From: an uncultured Gemmatimonadales bacterium
GTDB taxonomy: Bacteria; Gemmatimonadota; Gemmatimonadetes; Gemmatimonadales; GWC2-71-9
Reading direction: 5' to 3'
Assembly: GCA_963748815.1 (NCBI GenBank)
Contig: CAVVKJ010000010.1
Location: 224,001-288,000 of the forward strand
DNA length: 64,000 bases
Shown: positions 1 through 9,118 of the stretch, in pieces
Layout: each line of letters begins with the position of its first letter
Numbering within the stretch: position 1 is the stretch's first letter
Translations under genes and position numbers: made by a program
Notes under the pieces: model-generated
Seen by the model: only the letters and a program-made list of their open reading frames with translations
The model's database searches: none
What the model was told of the DNA's origin: nothing

Positions 1-219
1 GTCGTTTTCAGTCTCTGCTGGCGGGGTCCCCGCCCTCTGTCTTGTCCCACCTGAGTTCGATCCTCACCCTCCACGCCGGGGCGGGCCTGCGGGCCGTCCG
101 GCGCGGTCTGGGTGAGGGATGGTCGACCCTGTGGGATTCCCTCGTACGGATCGGTGCCGCGTTCGACCAGGCCCTCCAGGGCCCTGCCGCTGCATGGCAG
201 CCGATCGAGGTTCTCACGC

Positions 220-1821
220 GTGAAGCGCGAAATTCTCATCAATGGAGGCCGGCGGGAGACCCGCGTGGCCATCCTCGAGGACGATCGGCTCGTCGAGCTC
301 CTCTACGACCGTCCTGATCAGCGCCGTTCCCTCGGCGACATCTACCTCGGCCGCGTCGACGCGGTCCTCCCCGGCATCCAGGCCGCCTTTGTAGACATCG
401 GCCTGGAAAAATCGGCGTTCCTGCACGCCTCCGACCTCCTCGAACCCGAGGAGGACGACGACCCCGACGAAGATGATGTCGCGGACGTCCCCGATACCGA
501 TGGCGCGGAAGCGTCCGCCGGGAACGGGCGGGACAAGGCCGCCCCGCGCCAGCGCGAGGTCGACCACCGGGCCGCCGTCCCCGACATCTCGGAGCTCCTG
601 AAGAAGGGGCAGACCATCCTGGTGCAGGTCACCAAGGAGCCGATCAGCACCAAGGGTTCCCGGGTGACCGCGCAGATTTCCCTCCCCGGTCGATTCCTGG
701 TCTACATGCCCTTCGCGTCCCGCGTGGGCGTCAGCCGCAAAATCGAGAGCCGAGAGGCCCGCTCCAAGCTCCGGGAGATGGTCCGCAAGGCGCTGCCGGA
801 CGATGCCGGCGGCGTCATCGTCCGCACCGTGGCCGAAGGGGTGACGGAGGAACAGGTCACCCGCGAAATCGAGTCGCTCCTCGGCCTGTGGAAGAAGATC
901 AACCGGAAAAAGGGGTTCGTGAAGGCGCCGGCCCTGGTGCAGCGGGAAACCAGCCTCACCCGCGGGATCATTCGCGACCTCTTCAGCGCGAAGGTGGACG
1001 CGCTGCACGTCGACTCCAAGGAACTGTTCAACGAGGTGGAGCAGTACCTCGAGCAGGTCGACCCCGACCTGATGCAGCGGGTGCACCACTACACCGGCGA
1101 CCAGCCGCTCTTCGACAAGTTCGACATCGAGTCGGAAATCCGCGACCTCTTCAAGCCGCGCTGCGAGCTCCCCACCGGCGGGTCGATCATCATCCAGCCG
1201 ACGGAAGCGCTCGTCTCCATCGACGTGAACACCGGCCGCTACACCGGCAAGAAGGATCCGGAGAAGACGATCCTCCGCACCAACATGGAGGCGGCCAAGG
1301 AAATCGCGCGGCAGCTCCGGCTGCGGGACGTCGGCGGCATCATCGTCTGCGACTTCATCGACATGGACACCCGGTCCAACCGGGAAAAGGTGCTGCAGGA
1401 GCTGCGGACCCATCTGGCCCGGGACCGGGCCCGGACCAAGGCCTTTGCCGTCTCGGAACTGGGCCTGATCGAGATGACCCGCCAGCGGGTCCGGCCGTCG
1501 CTCTGGGCCTCCCAGACCACCGAGTGCCCCACCTGCGCCGGCAGCGGCCGGGTCTTCAAGCCGGAAATCGTCACCCGCCGGCTGGAGCGGTCGCTCCGTC
1601 GGGCGGGCCACGAGCACCGGGAACGCCAACTGGCCGTCCGGCTCCACCCCGAGGTGGCCATCTACATGCTGGAGGAGGAGCCGAAGCTCCTCCAGGCCCT
1701 GATCCGGGCCACGGGGCTGGAGCTGGAGCTCCGGGACGACCCGATGATGCGGCTCGACGAATTCCGGCTCATGAGCCGGCCCGGGGGCCGGGACGTGACT
1801 GAGCTTTACGCTGTCGCGTGA
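220..1821 (+). CDS. rng: Ribonuclease E/G family (Rne/Rng)
   Basis: GTG start giving (M)KREILING; S1 region (GDIYLGRV..LPGIQAAFVDIG), IDVNTG and GGIIVCDFIDM catalytic motifs, CPTCAGSG Zn-link. Confidence 0.93.
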   Translation: MKREILINGGRRETRVAILEDDRLVELLYDRPDQRRSLGDIYLGRVDAVLPGIQAAFVDIGLEKSAFLHASDLLEPEEDDDPDEDDVADVPDTDGAEASAGNGRDKAAPRQREVDHRAAVPDISELLKKGQTILVQVTKEPISTKGSRVTAQISLPGRFLVYMPFASRVGVSRKIESREARSKLREMVRKALPDDAGGVIVRTVAEGVTEEQVTREIESLLGLWKKINRKKGFVKAPALVQRETSLTRGIIRDLFSAKVDALHVDSKELFNEVEQYLEQVDPDLMQRVHHYTGDQPLFDKFDIESEIRDLFKPRCELPTGGSIIIQPTEALVSIDVNTGRYTGKKDPEKTILRTNMEAAKEIARQLRLRDVGGIIVCDFIDMDTRSNREKVLQELRTHLARDRARTKAFAVSELGLIEMTRQRVRPSLWASQTTECPTCAGSGRVFKPEIVTRRLERSLRRAGHEHRERQLAVRLHPEVAIYMLEEEPKLLQALIRATGLELELRDDPMMRLDEFRLMSRPGGRDVTELYAVA

Positions 1822-1870
1822 AGCGGCGGGGCCGCAGGGCAGCGGGGCAGGGGGCAGGGCGGCAGAAGAT

Positions 1871-1928
1871 CGTCATTCCCGCGAAAGCGGGAATCCAGAT
1901 GCTGGACCCCCGCTTCCGCGGGGGTGAC
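1871..1928. repeat. CGTC-tagged REP-like palindromic element (inverted dimer)
   Basis: CGTCATTCCCGCGAAAGCGGGAATCCAG-ATG-CTGGACCCCCGCTTCCGCGGGGGTGAC; the two halves are imperfect inverted repeats and each is a hairpin. Confidence 0.8.
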
Positions 1929-2022
1929 CTCGCTGGCGAGGGGAAGGGCAGGTTGGCCGAGGGCAGGGGCAGGTTGTCCTCGGGGCGGACTGCCCGGCGT
2001 CCCCGCTGGCCCGCTTCCCCGC

Positions 2023-2051
2023 TTGACCTAACGCCTGCCCCCGGCTAGACT
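2023..2051 (+). promoter_or_regulatory. Sigma70-type promoter of rplU-rpmA
   Basis: TTGACC-17 bp-TAGACT ending 43 nt upstream of the rplU ATG. Confidence 0.65.
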
Positions 2052-2094
2052 TCAGGGCTTGCAACGGAACCACCTTTTGGCAACGAGTTGAGTC

Positions 2095-2409
2095 ATGTAC
2101 GCGATTTTCAAGGCGCTGGGAAAGCAATTCCGTGCGGAGAAGGGCAAGGTCGTGCGCCTTCCGCTTATGGAAGCCGAGCCCGGCTCCAAGGTCACCTTTG
2201 ACGAGGTGCTCCTGTCGTCCGATGGTACCACGGTCAAGGCCGGCACCCCGTTGGTCAAGGGCGCCAAGGTCACGGCCGAGGTCGTGGGCGACGGCAAGGA
2301 AAAGAAGATCTACGTCTTCAAGTTCAAGCGGCGGAAGGGCTATCGCCGGAAGACCGGTCACCGCCAGAAGTTCACCGAAGTTCTGATCACCGACGTCAAG
2401 GTAGGGTGA
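2095..2409 (+). CDS. rplU: 50S ribosomal protein L21
   Basis: [13 protein letters not shown]...[20 protein letters not shown]. Confidence 0.97.
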   Translation: MYAIFKALGKQFRAEKGKVVRLPLMEAEPGSKVTFDEVLLSSDGTTVKAGTPLVKGAKVTAEVVGDGKEKKIYVFKFKRRKGYRRKTGHRQKFTEVLITDVKVG

Positions 2410-2416
2410 GGCTCTC

Positions 2417-2683
2417 ATGGCTCATAAAAAGGGCGTAGGCTCCAGCCGCAACGGCCGCAACAGCAATCCGCAGTACCTCGGCATCAAGAAGTTCGGTGGC
2501 GAGAACGTGATTGCCGGCAACATCCTGGTCCGCCAGCGGGGCACCGTCATCCATGCCGGCAAGAATGTCGGCCAGGGCACCGACGACACCCTCTTCGCCA
2601 AGGTCGATGGCGTGGTCAAGTTCGAGTACCGCGACAAGGGCCGGAAGAAGGTCTCGGTCTACCCGAAGGAAGCCACCGCGTAG
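2417..2683 (+). CDS. rpmA: 50S ribosomal protein L27
   Basis: [22 protein letters not shown]...[10 protein letters not shown]. Confidence 0.98.
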   Translation: MAHKKGVGSSRNGRNSNPQYLGIKKFGGENVIAGNILVRQRGTVIHAGKNVGQGTDDTLFAKVDGVVKFEYRDKGRKKVSVYPKEATA

Positions 2684-2705
2684 GCCAGGGTTTCGGGAAG
2701 CAAAT

Positions 2706-2741
2706 GGGGGATGCGGCCAGCGCCGCATCCCCCTTATTATT
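2706..2741 (+). terminator. Intrinsic terminator after rpmA
   Basis: GGGGGATGCGG-CCAGCG-CCGCATCCCCC, an 11-bp stem followed by TTATTATT. Confidence 0.75.
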
Positions 2742-2829
2742 GCCCTGAATCCACCTGGCAGGGTTCGAAATGAAACATTCCGGGTGCGGCGCCCGTCAGG
2801 TGCGCTGTTCCCGACAACGGAGACCCACC

Positions 2830-3210
2830 ATGTCGTCCATTTTTTCCAGGCTGAACAGCGAACTCGAGAACTTCGGTCGGCGGGCCACCGCCGCCCTCGA
2901 TGAGGGCCGGCTCCAGATCGAGTTGATGCGGGTCAAGCGCCGCCGCGACAACGCCGCCCGCGACCTCGGCATGATCGCCTACCATCGTGAGAAGGGCGTG
3001 GAACAGGACCAGCGGCGGGTGGATGCGCTGGTGCTGAAGATCGGCGACCTGGAGACCCAGATCGCCTCGATCGAGACCCAGATCGCCACGCAGAAGGCCG
3101 AGGTCGTCTCGGTCACCGACACCGTGGAGGACGACGCCGAGTCCGAGCTCGATCCGGAGGAGCCGATCGTGGACGAGGCCGCCGCCGCGCCCCAGGGAAA
3201 CGGGGAGTAG
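2830..3210 (+). CDS. Hypothetical coiled-coil protein with acidic tail
   Basis: GGAG RBS before ATG (MSSIFSRLN); helical heptad-like sequence, D/E-rich C-terminus. Confidence 0.7.
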   Translation: MSSIFSRLNSELENFGRRATAALDEGRLQIELMRVKRRRDNAARDLGMIAYHREKGVEQDQRRVDALVLKIGDLETQIASIETQIATQKAEVVSVTDTVEDDAESELDPEEPIVDEAAAAPQGNGE

Positions 3211-3213
3211 CCG

Positions 3214-3960
3214 CTACAGTCCGGTGCTGGAGACCAGTTCGAACTTCAGCGGGGCGCCGCTCATCTCCACTTTCAGGACGGTGTGCGGCGCCCGCTTGAG
3301 TATCAGGAACTCAACGTTGGTCGCCCCTCCCGACAACCGGGCCCGGTAGGCGTCGAAGGCGCCTGCAGGCACCATGGCGGTCTCTTCCCCCAGCACGTAC
3401 AACACCATCTCCGTCACCGAGTTTGTCCCCGCGCTGTACATCCAGAAATTCCATCCCGCCCCCTTCGCCCACGGGAGGGAGGGGAGCAGGGCCTGGACCG
3501 CGTTGTCGTCGACCGTCCCCGGCGGCACGGTGGTGTCCACCGCAAAGTGATTCGGTCCGGAGGACGTCACCGCCTGGACGTTGCCCGTCACCCGGCCGTC
3601 GGCATAGCTGACGTCGATGCCGCCCTCGATGTCGCGAATCATCCCCGATTGCTTCACCCGCCGGACCTGCCCCTCCTTCGTCATGCTGAGGGTGGTTTCC
3701 TGCAGCATCGCGGTCCCGATCACGGTCAGCTCGTGCACGACGAGGCTGTCGCCCTGTTGCTGCAGCCCCCAGACACTGGTTCCCATCGCCTGGTTGTTGA
3801 CGAGCACCACCATGCTGTCCCGGTGCGGGGTCAGGCGCTTGGTCTCGATCGGCAGCGGCCGGGTGAGCGACGGCCCCGCCGGCGCGGCGGGGTCCTGGGC
3901 GGCGGCGGTGCTGACGGCGACGAGGGCGAGTGCCCCGAGTGCGGCGAGCGTGTGGCGCAT
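3214..3960 (-). CDS. Secreted hypothetical protein (DUF3108-like)
   Basis: Signal peptide MRHTLAALGALALVAVSTAAAQ; GEETAMVPAGAFDAYR motif typical of DUF3108-like beta-rich proteins. Confidence 0.65.
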   Translation of the reverse strand: MRHTLAALGALALVAVSTAAAQDPAAPAGPSLTRPLPIETKRLTPHRDSMVVLVNNQAMGTSVWGLQQQGDSLVVHELTVIGTAMLQETTLSMTKEGQVRRVKQSGMIRDIEGGIDVSYADGRVTGNVQAVTSSGPNHFAVDTTVPPGTVDDNAVQALLPSLPWAKGAGWNFWMYSAGTNSVTEMVLYVLGEETAMVPAGAFDAYRARLSGGATNVEFLILKRAPHTVLKVEMSGAPLKFELVSSTGL

Positions 3961-3982
3961 CACGGCAGGCTCCTGGTGGTGA

Positions 3983-4846
3983 TCAGCGGGTGATGGTGGG
4001 AAAGAGCCGGAGGCTCGTGTCCGACAGGACGGCCCGCTGCAGCTCGGCGGGAAGGGGAAGCGCACGAAAGGCGTCGAGGTTCTTCCGCAAATCGTGCACG
4101 CCAGGACTCGGCCAATCGGTGCCCCAGATGGTTTTGTGACCGATGTCCGACAGGCGGGGAAAATACTCGAGGAGTCGCGCCGGCGGGATCCCGGAGAGCT
4201 CGAGGTAGACGTTCGGGTGCCGGCGCAGCACGAAGAACGCCTCCTCCATCCAGAGGGGCCGCCCGCCATGGGCCATCACGATCGTCAGGTTCGGATAGTC
4301 GATCGCGACGTCGTCGATTTCCATCGGATTGCCCCACTTGGACCGCGCCCCGGGGAAGATGCTCGTCCCGGTGTGGATCAGCACGGGCAGCCCCCGCTCC
4401 TCGCAACGGCGGTAGATCCGTCCCAGCGCCTCGAGTCCCTCGGTGTAGGCGTTCGCCGGGTACAGCTGGTGTGGCGGATGAATCTTGAGGCAGCGGATGC
4501 CCATCGCGATCAGGCGGTCGACGTCGCCTTCGGGGTCGGTGGTGAACCGCGCGTGGACGCCGCCGTAGGGCAGGATCCGCTCCGGGTCGGCTTCGGCGTA
4601 GCGGGCGGAAAATTCGTTGGTGGAGTCGTCAAACCCCATCAGGTCGGGGCTCGGATAGTTGATGAGCGCCACCCGCCAGACACCGGAGGCGTCCATCACC
4701 TCGAGCAGCGCCTTGGGATCGTCCATCAGGGCGATGAGCCGCTCCCAGTGCGCTTCCTTGCCGACCCGCATGACATCCGCCACCGCCGGCTTCAGTTGCC
4801 GCCACGGCTGGATGTGGATGTGCATGTCGGATATGGGGTAGGTCAT
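3983..4846 (-). CDS. Amidohydrolase family 2 (metal-dependent hydrolase/decarboxylase)
   Basis: DMHIH, LKIHP, IHTG, AHGG and WGTDWP motifs; ATGA overlap with the upstream hydratase. Confidence 0.88.
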   Translation of the reverse strand: MTYPISDMHIHIQPWRQLKPAVADVMRVGKEAHWERLIALMDDPKALLEVMDASGVWRVALINYPSPDLMGFDDSTNEFSARYAEADPERILPYGGVHARFTTDPEGDVDRLIAMGIRCLKIHPPHQLYPANAYTEGLEALGRIYRRCEERGLPVLIHTGTSIFPGARSKWGNPMEIDDVAIDYPNLTIVMAHGGRPLWMEEAFFVLRRHPNVYLELSGIPPARLLEYFPRLSDIGHKTIWGTDWPSPGVHDLRKNLDAFRALPLPAELQRAVLSDTSLRLFPTITR

Positions 4847-5625
4847 CGACCCTGGAACTCCGCCGGCCGCTTCCCCAGAAACGCCGCGACGCCTTCCGCC
4901 TTGTCCTCGCTCGAGAACGCCAGCCCGAAGAGCGTCGTCTCCTGCCGCAGTCCCTCGTCGAGCGGCATCCGCAGCGAGGCGCGCACCGCCTCCTTGATCA
5001 GCTGCAGCGCCACCGGGCTCTTCTGCGCGATGCTCTCGGCCATCGCCATGGCCCGGGTGCGCAGCTCGGCGGCGGGGACGACTTCGTCCACCAGCCCGAT
5101 CCGGAGTGCCTCGGCGGCGTCGATGAGGTCGCCGGTGAAGAGCAGCTTGTACGCCGCTCCGGTGCCGACCAGGCGCGGGAGTCGCTGGGTGCCGCCGCCG
5201 CCGGGGATGATGCCAAGGTTCACTTCCGGTTGCCCCAGCCTGGCGGTGTCCGACGCGATCCGGATGTCGCAGGCCATCGCGAGTTCACAGCCCCCGCCGA
5301 GGGTGAAGCCGTTGAGCGCCGCGATGACCGGCTTCGGGAAGCTGTCCACCGCGTCAAAGATGGTGCGTCCCGACATTACCCGGAACTGGTCAATCGGGCT
5401 CCGGCCCTCGAATTCCGAGATATCCGCACCGGCCACGAACGCCTTGTCGCCGGCGCCGGTGATCACCACCGCCCGCACGCTGGCGTCGGTGCGGAGCTCG
5501 TCGAGCAGGCCGAGGAGCTGGCAGCGGGTGGCGCCGTCGAGCGCGTTGCGCTTCTCGGGGCGGTTGATGATCAGGAGGGCGACGCGCCCGTGCGTCTCCC
5601 TGAGGACGTTCTGTGGTTCGCTCAT
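4843..5625 (-). CDS. Enoyl-CoA hydratase (PaaF/crotonase-like)
   Basis: AFVAGADI, GGGCELAMACD, GQPEVNLGIIPGGGGTQRL; both catalytic Glu present. Confidence 0.9.
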   Translation of the reverse strand: MSEPQNVLRETHGRVALLIINRPEKRNALDGATRCQLLGLLDELRTDASVRAVVITGAGDKAFVAGADISEFEGRSPIDQFRVMSGRTIFDAVDSFPKPVIAALNGFTLGGGCELAMACDIRIASDTARLGQPEVNLGIIPGGGGTQRLPRLVGTGAAYKLLFTGDLIDAAEALRIGLVDEVVPAAELRTRAMAMAESIAQKSPVALQLIKEAVRASLRMPLDEGLRQETTLFGLAFSSEDKAEGVAAFLGKRPAEFQGR

Positions 5626-6488
5626 GATTGGGACCAGTCGTAGAAGCCGTGGCCGCTCTTCTTCCCGAGCTTTCCCTCGGCGACGAGGCGGCGGAGGATG
5701 GCCGGGGGCGCGAAGCGGTCCGTGCCCAAAGCCTGGTGAAGGTACTCGGCAATGCGGAGCCGGATGTCGAGGCCGACGAGGTCCGTCAGCTTGAGCGGGC
5801 CCATGGGGTGGTTGTATCCCAGCTCCATGGCGCGGTCGATGTCCGCGGCGCTCGCGACCCCCTCCTCGAGCATCCGCATCGCCTCGAGGCCGAGGGCGAT
5901 GCCCAGCCGGCTCGAGGCGAAGCCGGGCGTGTCGCGCACGACGATCGGTTCCTTCCCCATCGCCCGGACCACCGCGAGGGCGTCGGCCTGTGCCGCGTCG
6001 TCCGAGTCGGCGTGGACGACGATCTCGACCAGCTTCATCAGGTGCACGGGATTGAAGAAATGCATCCCGATGAGCCGCTCGGGTCGGGGCAGGTCGGCGG
6101 CGATGGCGCCGATCGACAGCGAGGAGGTGTTGGTGGCGAGAAGCGCCGAGGGTTCGGCCCAGTCGCTGGCCTGGCTCATCACGTCGCGCTTCACGTTCAG
6201 GTCTTCGAGGACGGCTTCGATCACCAGGTCGGCACCCTGGCAGGTGGCGCGCATGTCCGGCGCCGTCCGCAGGCGTCCGAGGATGGCGTCGCGGCCCGCG
6301 GCGTCGAGCTTGCCGCGCTGCACCGCGCCGTCCAGCGTCCTGGCGATCCGGTCGAGCGCCCCCTTGAGGGCGTCCGGGCGGGCGTCGGTCAGGGTAGTGG
6401 GCCACCCTGCCGTGGCGGCCGCCTGGGCAATGCCGGCGCCCATGGTGCCGGCGCCGATCACGGCGACTCGGGTCGGAAAGGCGCTCAT
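5622..6488 (-). CDS. 3-hydroxyacyl-CoA dehydrogenase (PaaH/Hbd-like)
   Basis: GAGTMGAGIA Rossmann motif, IEAVLE, TNTSSL, GMHFFNP, HPMGPLKLTDLVGLD. Confidence 0.92.
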   Translation of the reverse strand: MSAFPTRVAVIGAGTMGAGIAQAAATAGWPTTLTDARPDALKGALDRIARTLDGAVQRGKLDAAGRDAILGRLRTAPDMRATCQGADLVIEAVLEDLNVKRDVMSQASDWAEPSALLATNTSSLSIGAIAADLPRPERLIGMHFFNPVHLMKLVEIVVHADSDDAAQADALAVVRAMGKEPIVVRDTPGFASSRLGIALGLEAMRMLEEGVASAADIDRAMELGYNHPMGPLKLTDLVGLDIRLRIAEYLHQALGTDRFAPPAILRRLVAEGKLGKKSGHGFYDWSQS

Positions 6489-7159
6489 GCCGCCACCGCC
6501 AGCCGGTCGGGGAAGTTGCCGCAGAGGCCGTCCACGCCCATGAGACCGAGGCGTGCCGCGGCCACGCGGTCATTAACGGTCCAGGCGATCAGGCGCGCGC
6601 CGGCAGCGTGCACGGCCTCCACGAGTTCCTGGTCGATCATCGTCCATTCCTGCCAGAGCGTCGTAGCCCGCGCGAGGCGAAGGACGCCCGCCGGGTCCAT
6701 CACCCGCGCCGCCAGCAGCGCCCCAAGCGGGAGGCTCGGGCGCCGTCGCGCCAACCGTGCGGTGATGCGGTGGTCGAAGCTGTGGACGGCATAGCGGGCG
6801 GGGAAGGGACCGGCGTCGAGAACGGCGAGGAGCGCCGCGTCGTGCCGAGGCGGCAGCGCCTTGACCTCGACCCAGACGTCCCGGTCGCCGATCAGCTCCA
6901 GCGCGGTCGCGAGCGACGGCACCGGTTCGCCGTTGGAAAGGAGCGCCGCCGAGGCTTCGGCCATGGTCAGCGTCTCCAGGGGACGGCCCCCAGTGAGGAC
7001 GGGATCGTGGTGCACCACGATCCCGCCGTCCGCGGTGGCGTGGACGTCAAGCTCGACGCCGTCCACGCCGCGGGCGACCGCCTCACGGAAGGCGGCCGGT
7101 GAGTTCTCAAACGCGTAGCCGGAGGCGCCCCGATGGGCGATCACCAGCGGCCGCGTCAG
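6485..7159 (-). CDS. Glycerophosphodiester phosphodiesterase family protein
   Basis: IAHRGASG, ENS, VELDVH, VHHD, AWTVND; start is either CTG 7159 (overlaps boxB stop, GGAGG RBS) or GTG 7144. Confidence 0.85.
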   Translation of the reverse strand: MTRPLVIAHRGASGYAFENSPAAFREAVARGVDGVELDVHATADGGIVVHHDPVLTGGRPLETLTMAEASAALLSNGEPVPSLATALELIGDRDVWVEVKALPPRHDAALLAVLDAGPFPARYAVHSFDHRITARLARRRPSLPLGALLAARVMDPAGVLRLARATTLWQEWTMIDQELVEAVHAAGARLIAWTVNDRVAAARLGLMGVDGLCGNFPDRLAVAA

Positions 7160-8286
7160 TTGTTCTCCTCCAGCTTCCGCGCCTCGATCCAGTCCGGCTC
7201 GTCGAGCAGGTCCTTGAGGAGGGTTCGGTCGGCGTCGTTCGGCAAGACCGACTCGAGATACGCCGGGTAATGCTCGGCGGACAGGGGCTCGCCGGTGATC
7301 GTGAAGTGCTGGCGCGCGTACAATCCGATCTTGCGGTTGAACTTCACGTCGGGGACGACCAGGTACTGGTCCTGGTCGGGGATGGCCGTGTTGAGTCGGT
7401 CCACGAGCCGCGTGATTTCCTGCCGGTAGAGTTCGCGGCTGGCTTCGTTGAGGTGCGCCACGTTCGCGCCCTCGGGCGCTTCGCGCTCGTCGAACCGGCC
7501 CTTCAGTCCCCAGACATACGCCCAGTGGGCGCTGGAGGAATTGTCGGTGCCGAAGAGGTCGAACGCGGTGGGCACCCACTTGTTGAAGTAGCGCTGCATC
7601 ACCTCGGGCGGCACGCGGCCGGCCCGGAGGATCCGGCGCAGGCCGTTGTTGCCGGTGCCGAGGTGGAAGCTTTCCTCCTTGAGCATCGGGCCCATCGAAC
7701 GGGCCAGCGGGTGGAACGAGGAGGTGGAGAGCATCTGCAGCTGGAACTTGCCGTCGCGGTCGATGAACTGGGTGTAGGTGAAGAAGTCGAGCCAGTTCTC
7801 CACGATCTCGTTGAACGACCCGAGGAGGCGCTCCCCTTCCTCCGCCCGGCGGTCGAGCAGCTTCTGCGCCTCGCGCTTCCCTTCGTCGCCGAAATGGGTG
7901 CACAGGAGGTAGGACATCTGCCACCCGTGCCGCATCTCCTCGCTCATGACGCGCATCAGGGAGAAGAGGTCGTAGTCGCTCGGGGCCCGCTCCAGCAATT
8001 GCCGCTGCTGCTCCACCGACGCGAATTCGGTGTCGCCCTGGAAGACGATCAGGTTGAGCAGCGCGTCCCGGATCCGCTGGTCGGGAATGTGCATGATCGT
8101 CGGCCACTTGGTCTGGCCCTTGTAGTGACCGAACTCGATCGTCTCGGCTTCCGGCTCGCCGAACTTCGCGTCGAACCCGACCTTCCGGAATGGCGTGCCG
8201 GCCATCTCCTTTTCGGAGATGCCGATCGAATCCTGCCAGTAGCGGAAGTAGTCGATCCAATCGTCGAAGTTGTTCACTTTCCGCAT
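7156..8286 (-). CDS. boxB: BoxB-like di-iron aryl-CoA epoxidase (short, 376 aa)
   Basis: IVFQGDTEFASVEQQR, EEMRH, DRDGKFQL and EESFH di-iron motifs; DLFG..SS; resembles benzoyl-CoA 2,3-epoxidase B. Confidence 0.8.
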   Translation of the reverse strand: MRKVNNFDDWIDYFRYWQDSIGISEKEMAGTPFRKVGFDAKFGEPEAETIEFGHYKGQTKWPTIMHIPDQRIRDALLNLIVFQGDTEFASVEQQRQLLERAPSDYDLFSLMRVMSEEMRHGWQMSYLLCTHFGDEGKREAQKLLDRRAEEGERLLGSFNEIVENWLDFFTYTQFIDRDGKFQLQMLSTSSFHPLARSMGPMLKEESFHLGTGNNGLRRILRAGRVPPEVMQRYFNKWVPTAFDLFGTDNSSSAHWAYVWGLKGRFDEREAPEGANVAHLNEASRELYRQEITRLVDRLNTAIPDQDQYLVVPDVKFNRKIGLYARQHFTITGEPLSAEHYPAYLESVLPNDADRTLLKDLLDEPDWIEARKLEENN

Positions 8287-8293
8287 GTCGTCC

Positions 8294-9098
8294 TCACCGT
8301 CCGTGAAATTTGGGAACCCGCCTGGCGTGGTACGCCTCCAGCCCTTCGGCGGCGTCCGTGCTTGAAAAACATTCCTGGCAATGGCGGGCCTCGATGACCA
8401 GCGACTCCGCCAGCGTCGTCGATTCCGCCTCGCGCACCGCCCGCTTGGCCAGCCGCGCGGCGATCGGCGGCAGCGCCGCGAGGCGCGCGGCCCAGAGGGC
8501 CGTCTCGTGCGCGATCAGGTCGTCGGCCACCACCCGGTTGACCAGCCCGATCTCGAGGCAGCGGTCGGCGGGCAGCATCTTCGGCGTCCAGAGCAGTTCG
8601 AGCGCCGCGGCGCTTCCGACCAGGCGAGGCACGAACCAGCTGGTGCCGAAATCGGGATGCAGGCCCAGCCGGTGAAAGACCAGCCCGAGCGACGCGCTCG
8701 CTGCCGCGATCCGGAGGTCACAGGCCAGCGCCAGCCCGACCCCACCACCGGCCGCGGGACCGTTCAGGCTCGCGAGAACCGGCTTGGGGGCCCGATGAAG
8801 CAGCTGCACCACCTCGGAGCCGGTCCGGACCAGGGCCATCGCCTCGGCCTCGTCGATCGATCCCCCCGTCCCGGCGAGGGTATCGAGGTCGGCGCCCGCA
8901 CAAAACCCCCGCCCGCTCCCGGTCAGGACAATCGCGCGCACCCGGCTGTCGGCCGACATCGACCGGACCGCCTCGCCCAGGCTCGGCGAGCATCCCCACG
9001 TCGAACGCGTTGAGCCGCTCCGGGCGGTTGAGCGTGATGGTGCCCACCCCCTCGGCGATCTCCGCCAATACCGCGTCCTTGAGACCCACATCCTGCAT
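8294..9098 (-). CDS. Enoyl-CoA isomerase/hydratase (PaaG-like); +1 frameshift near 8985
   Basis: N-terminus TITLNRPERLNAFD in one frame, continuing GRGFCAGADL...GGGVGLALACD...GLHPDFG in the next; catalytic Asp rather than Glu pair as in PaaG-type isomerases. Confidence 0.8.
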
Positions 9099-9118
9099 AG
9101 GAATCCTCGCCTCAGTCC

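Noticed and set aside
42..317. 91-aa ORF overlapping the rng start, and the extended rng start at 112
   Set aside because: No recognisable motif; rng similarity begins at GTG 220; context is cut by the window edge
4843..8260. Apparent fusion ORFs (576 aa, 591 aa; also 9119-11299 and 58212-60347)
   Set aside because: N-terminal extensions are off-frame read-through over the upstream gene; real starts overlap the upstream stops
7156..8286. Calling the di-iron protein PaaA/PaaC or a ribonucleotide reductase beta subunit
   Set aside because: GDTE.ASVEQQR and DRDGKFQL fit BoxB better; no paaB/D/E or nrdA nearby
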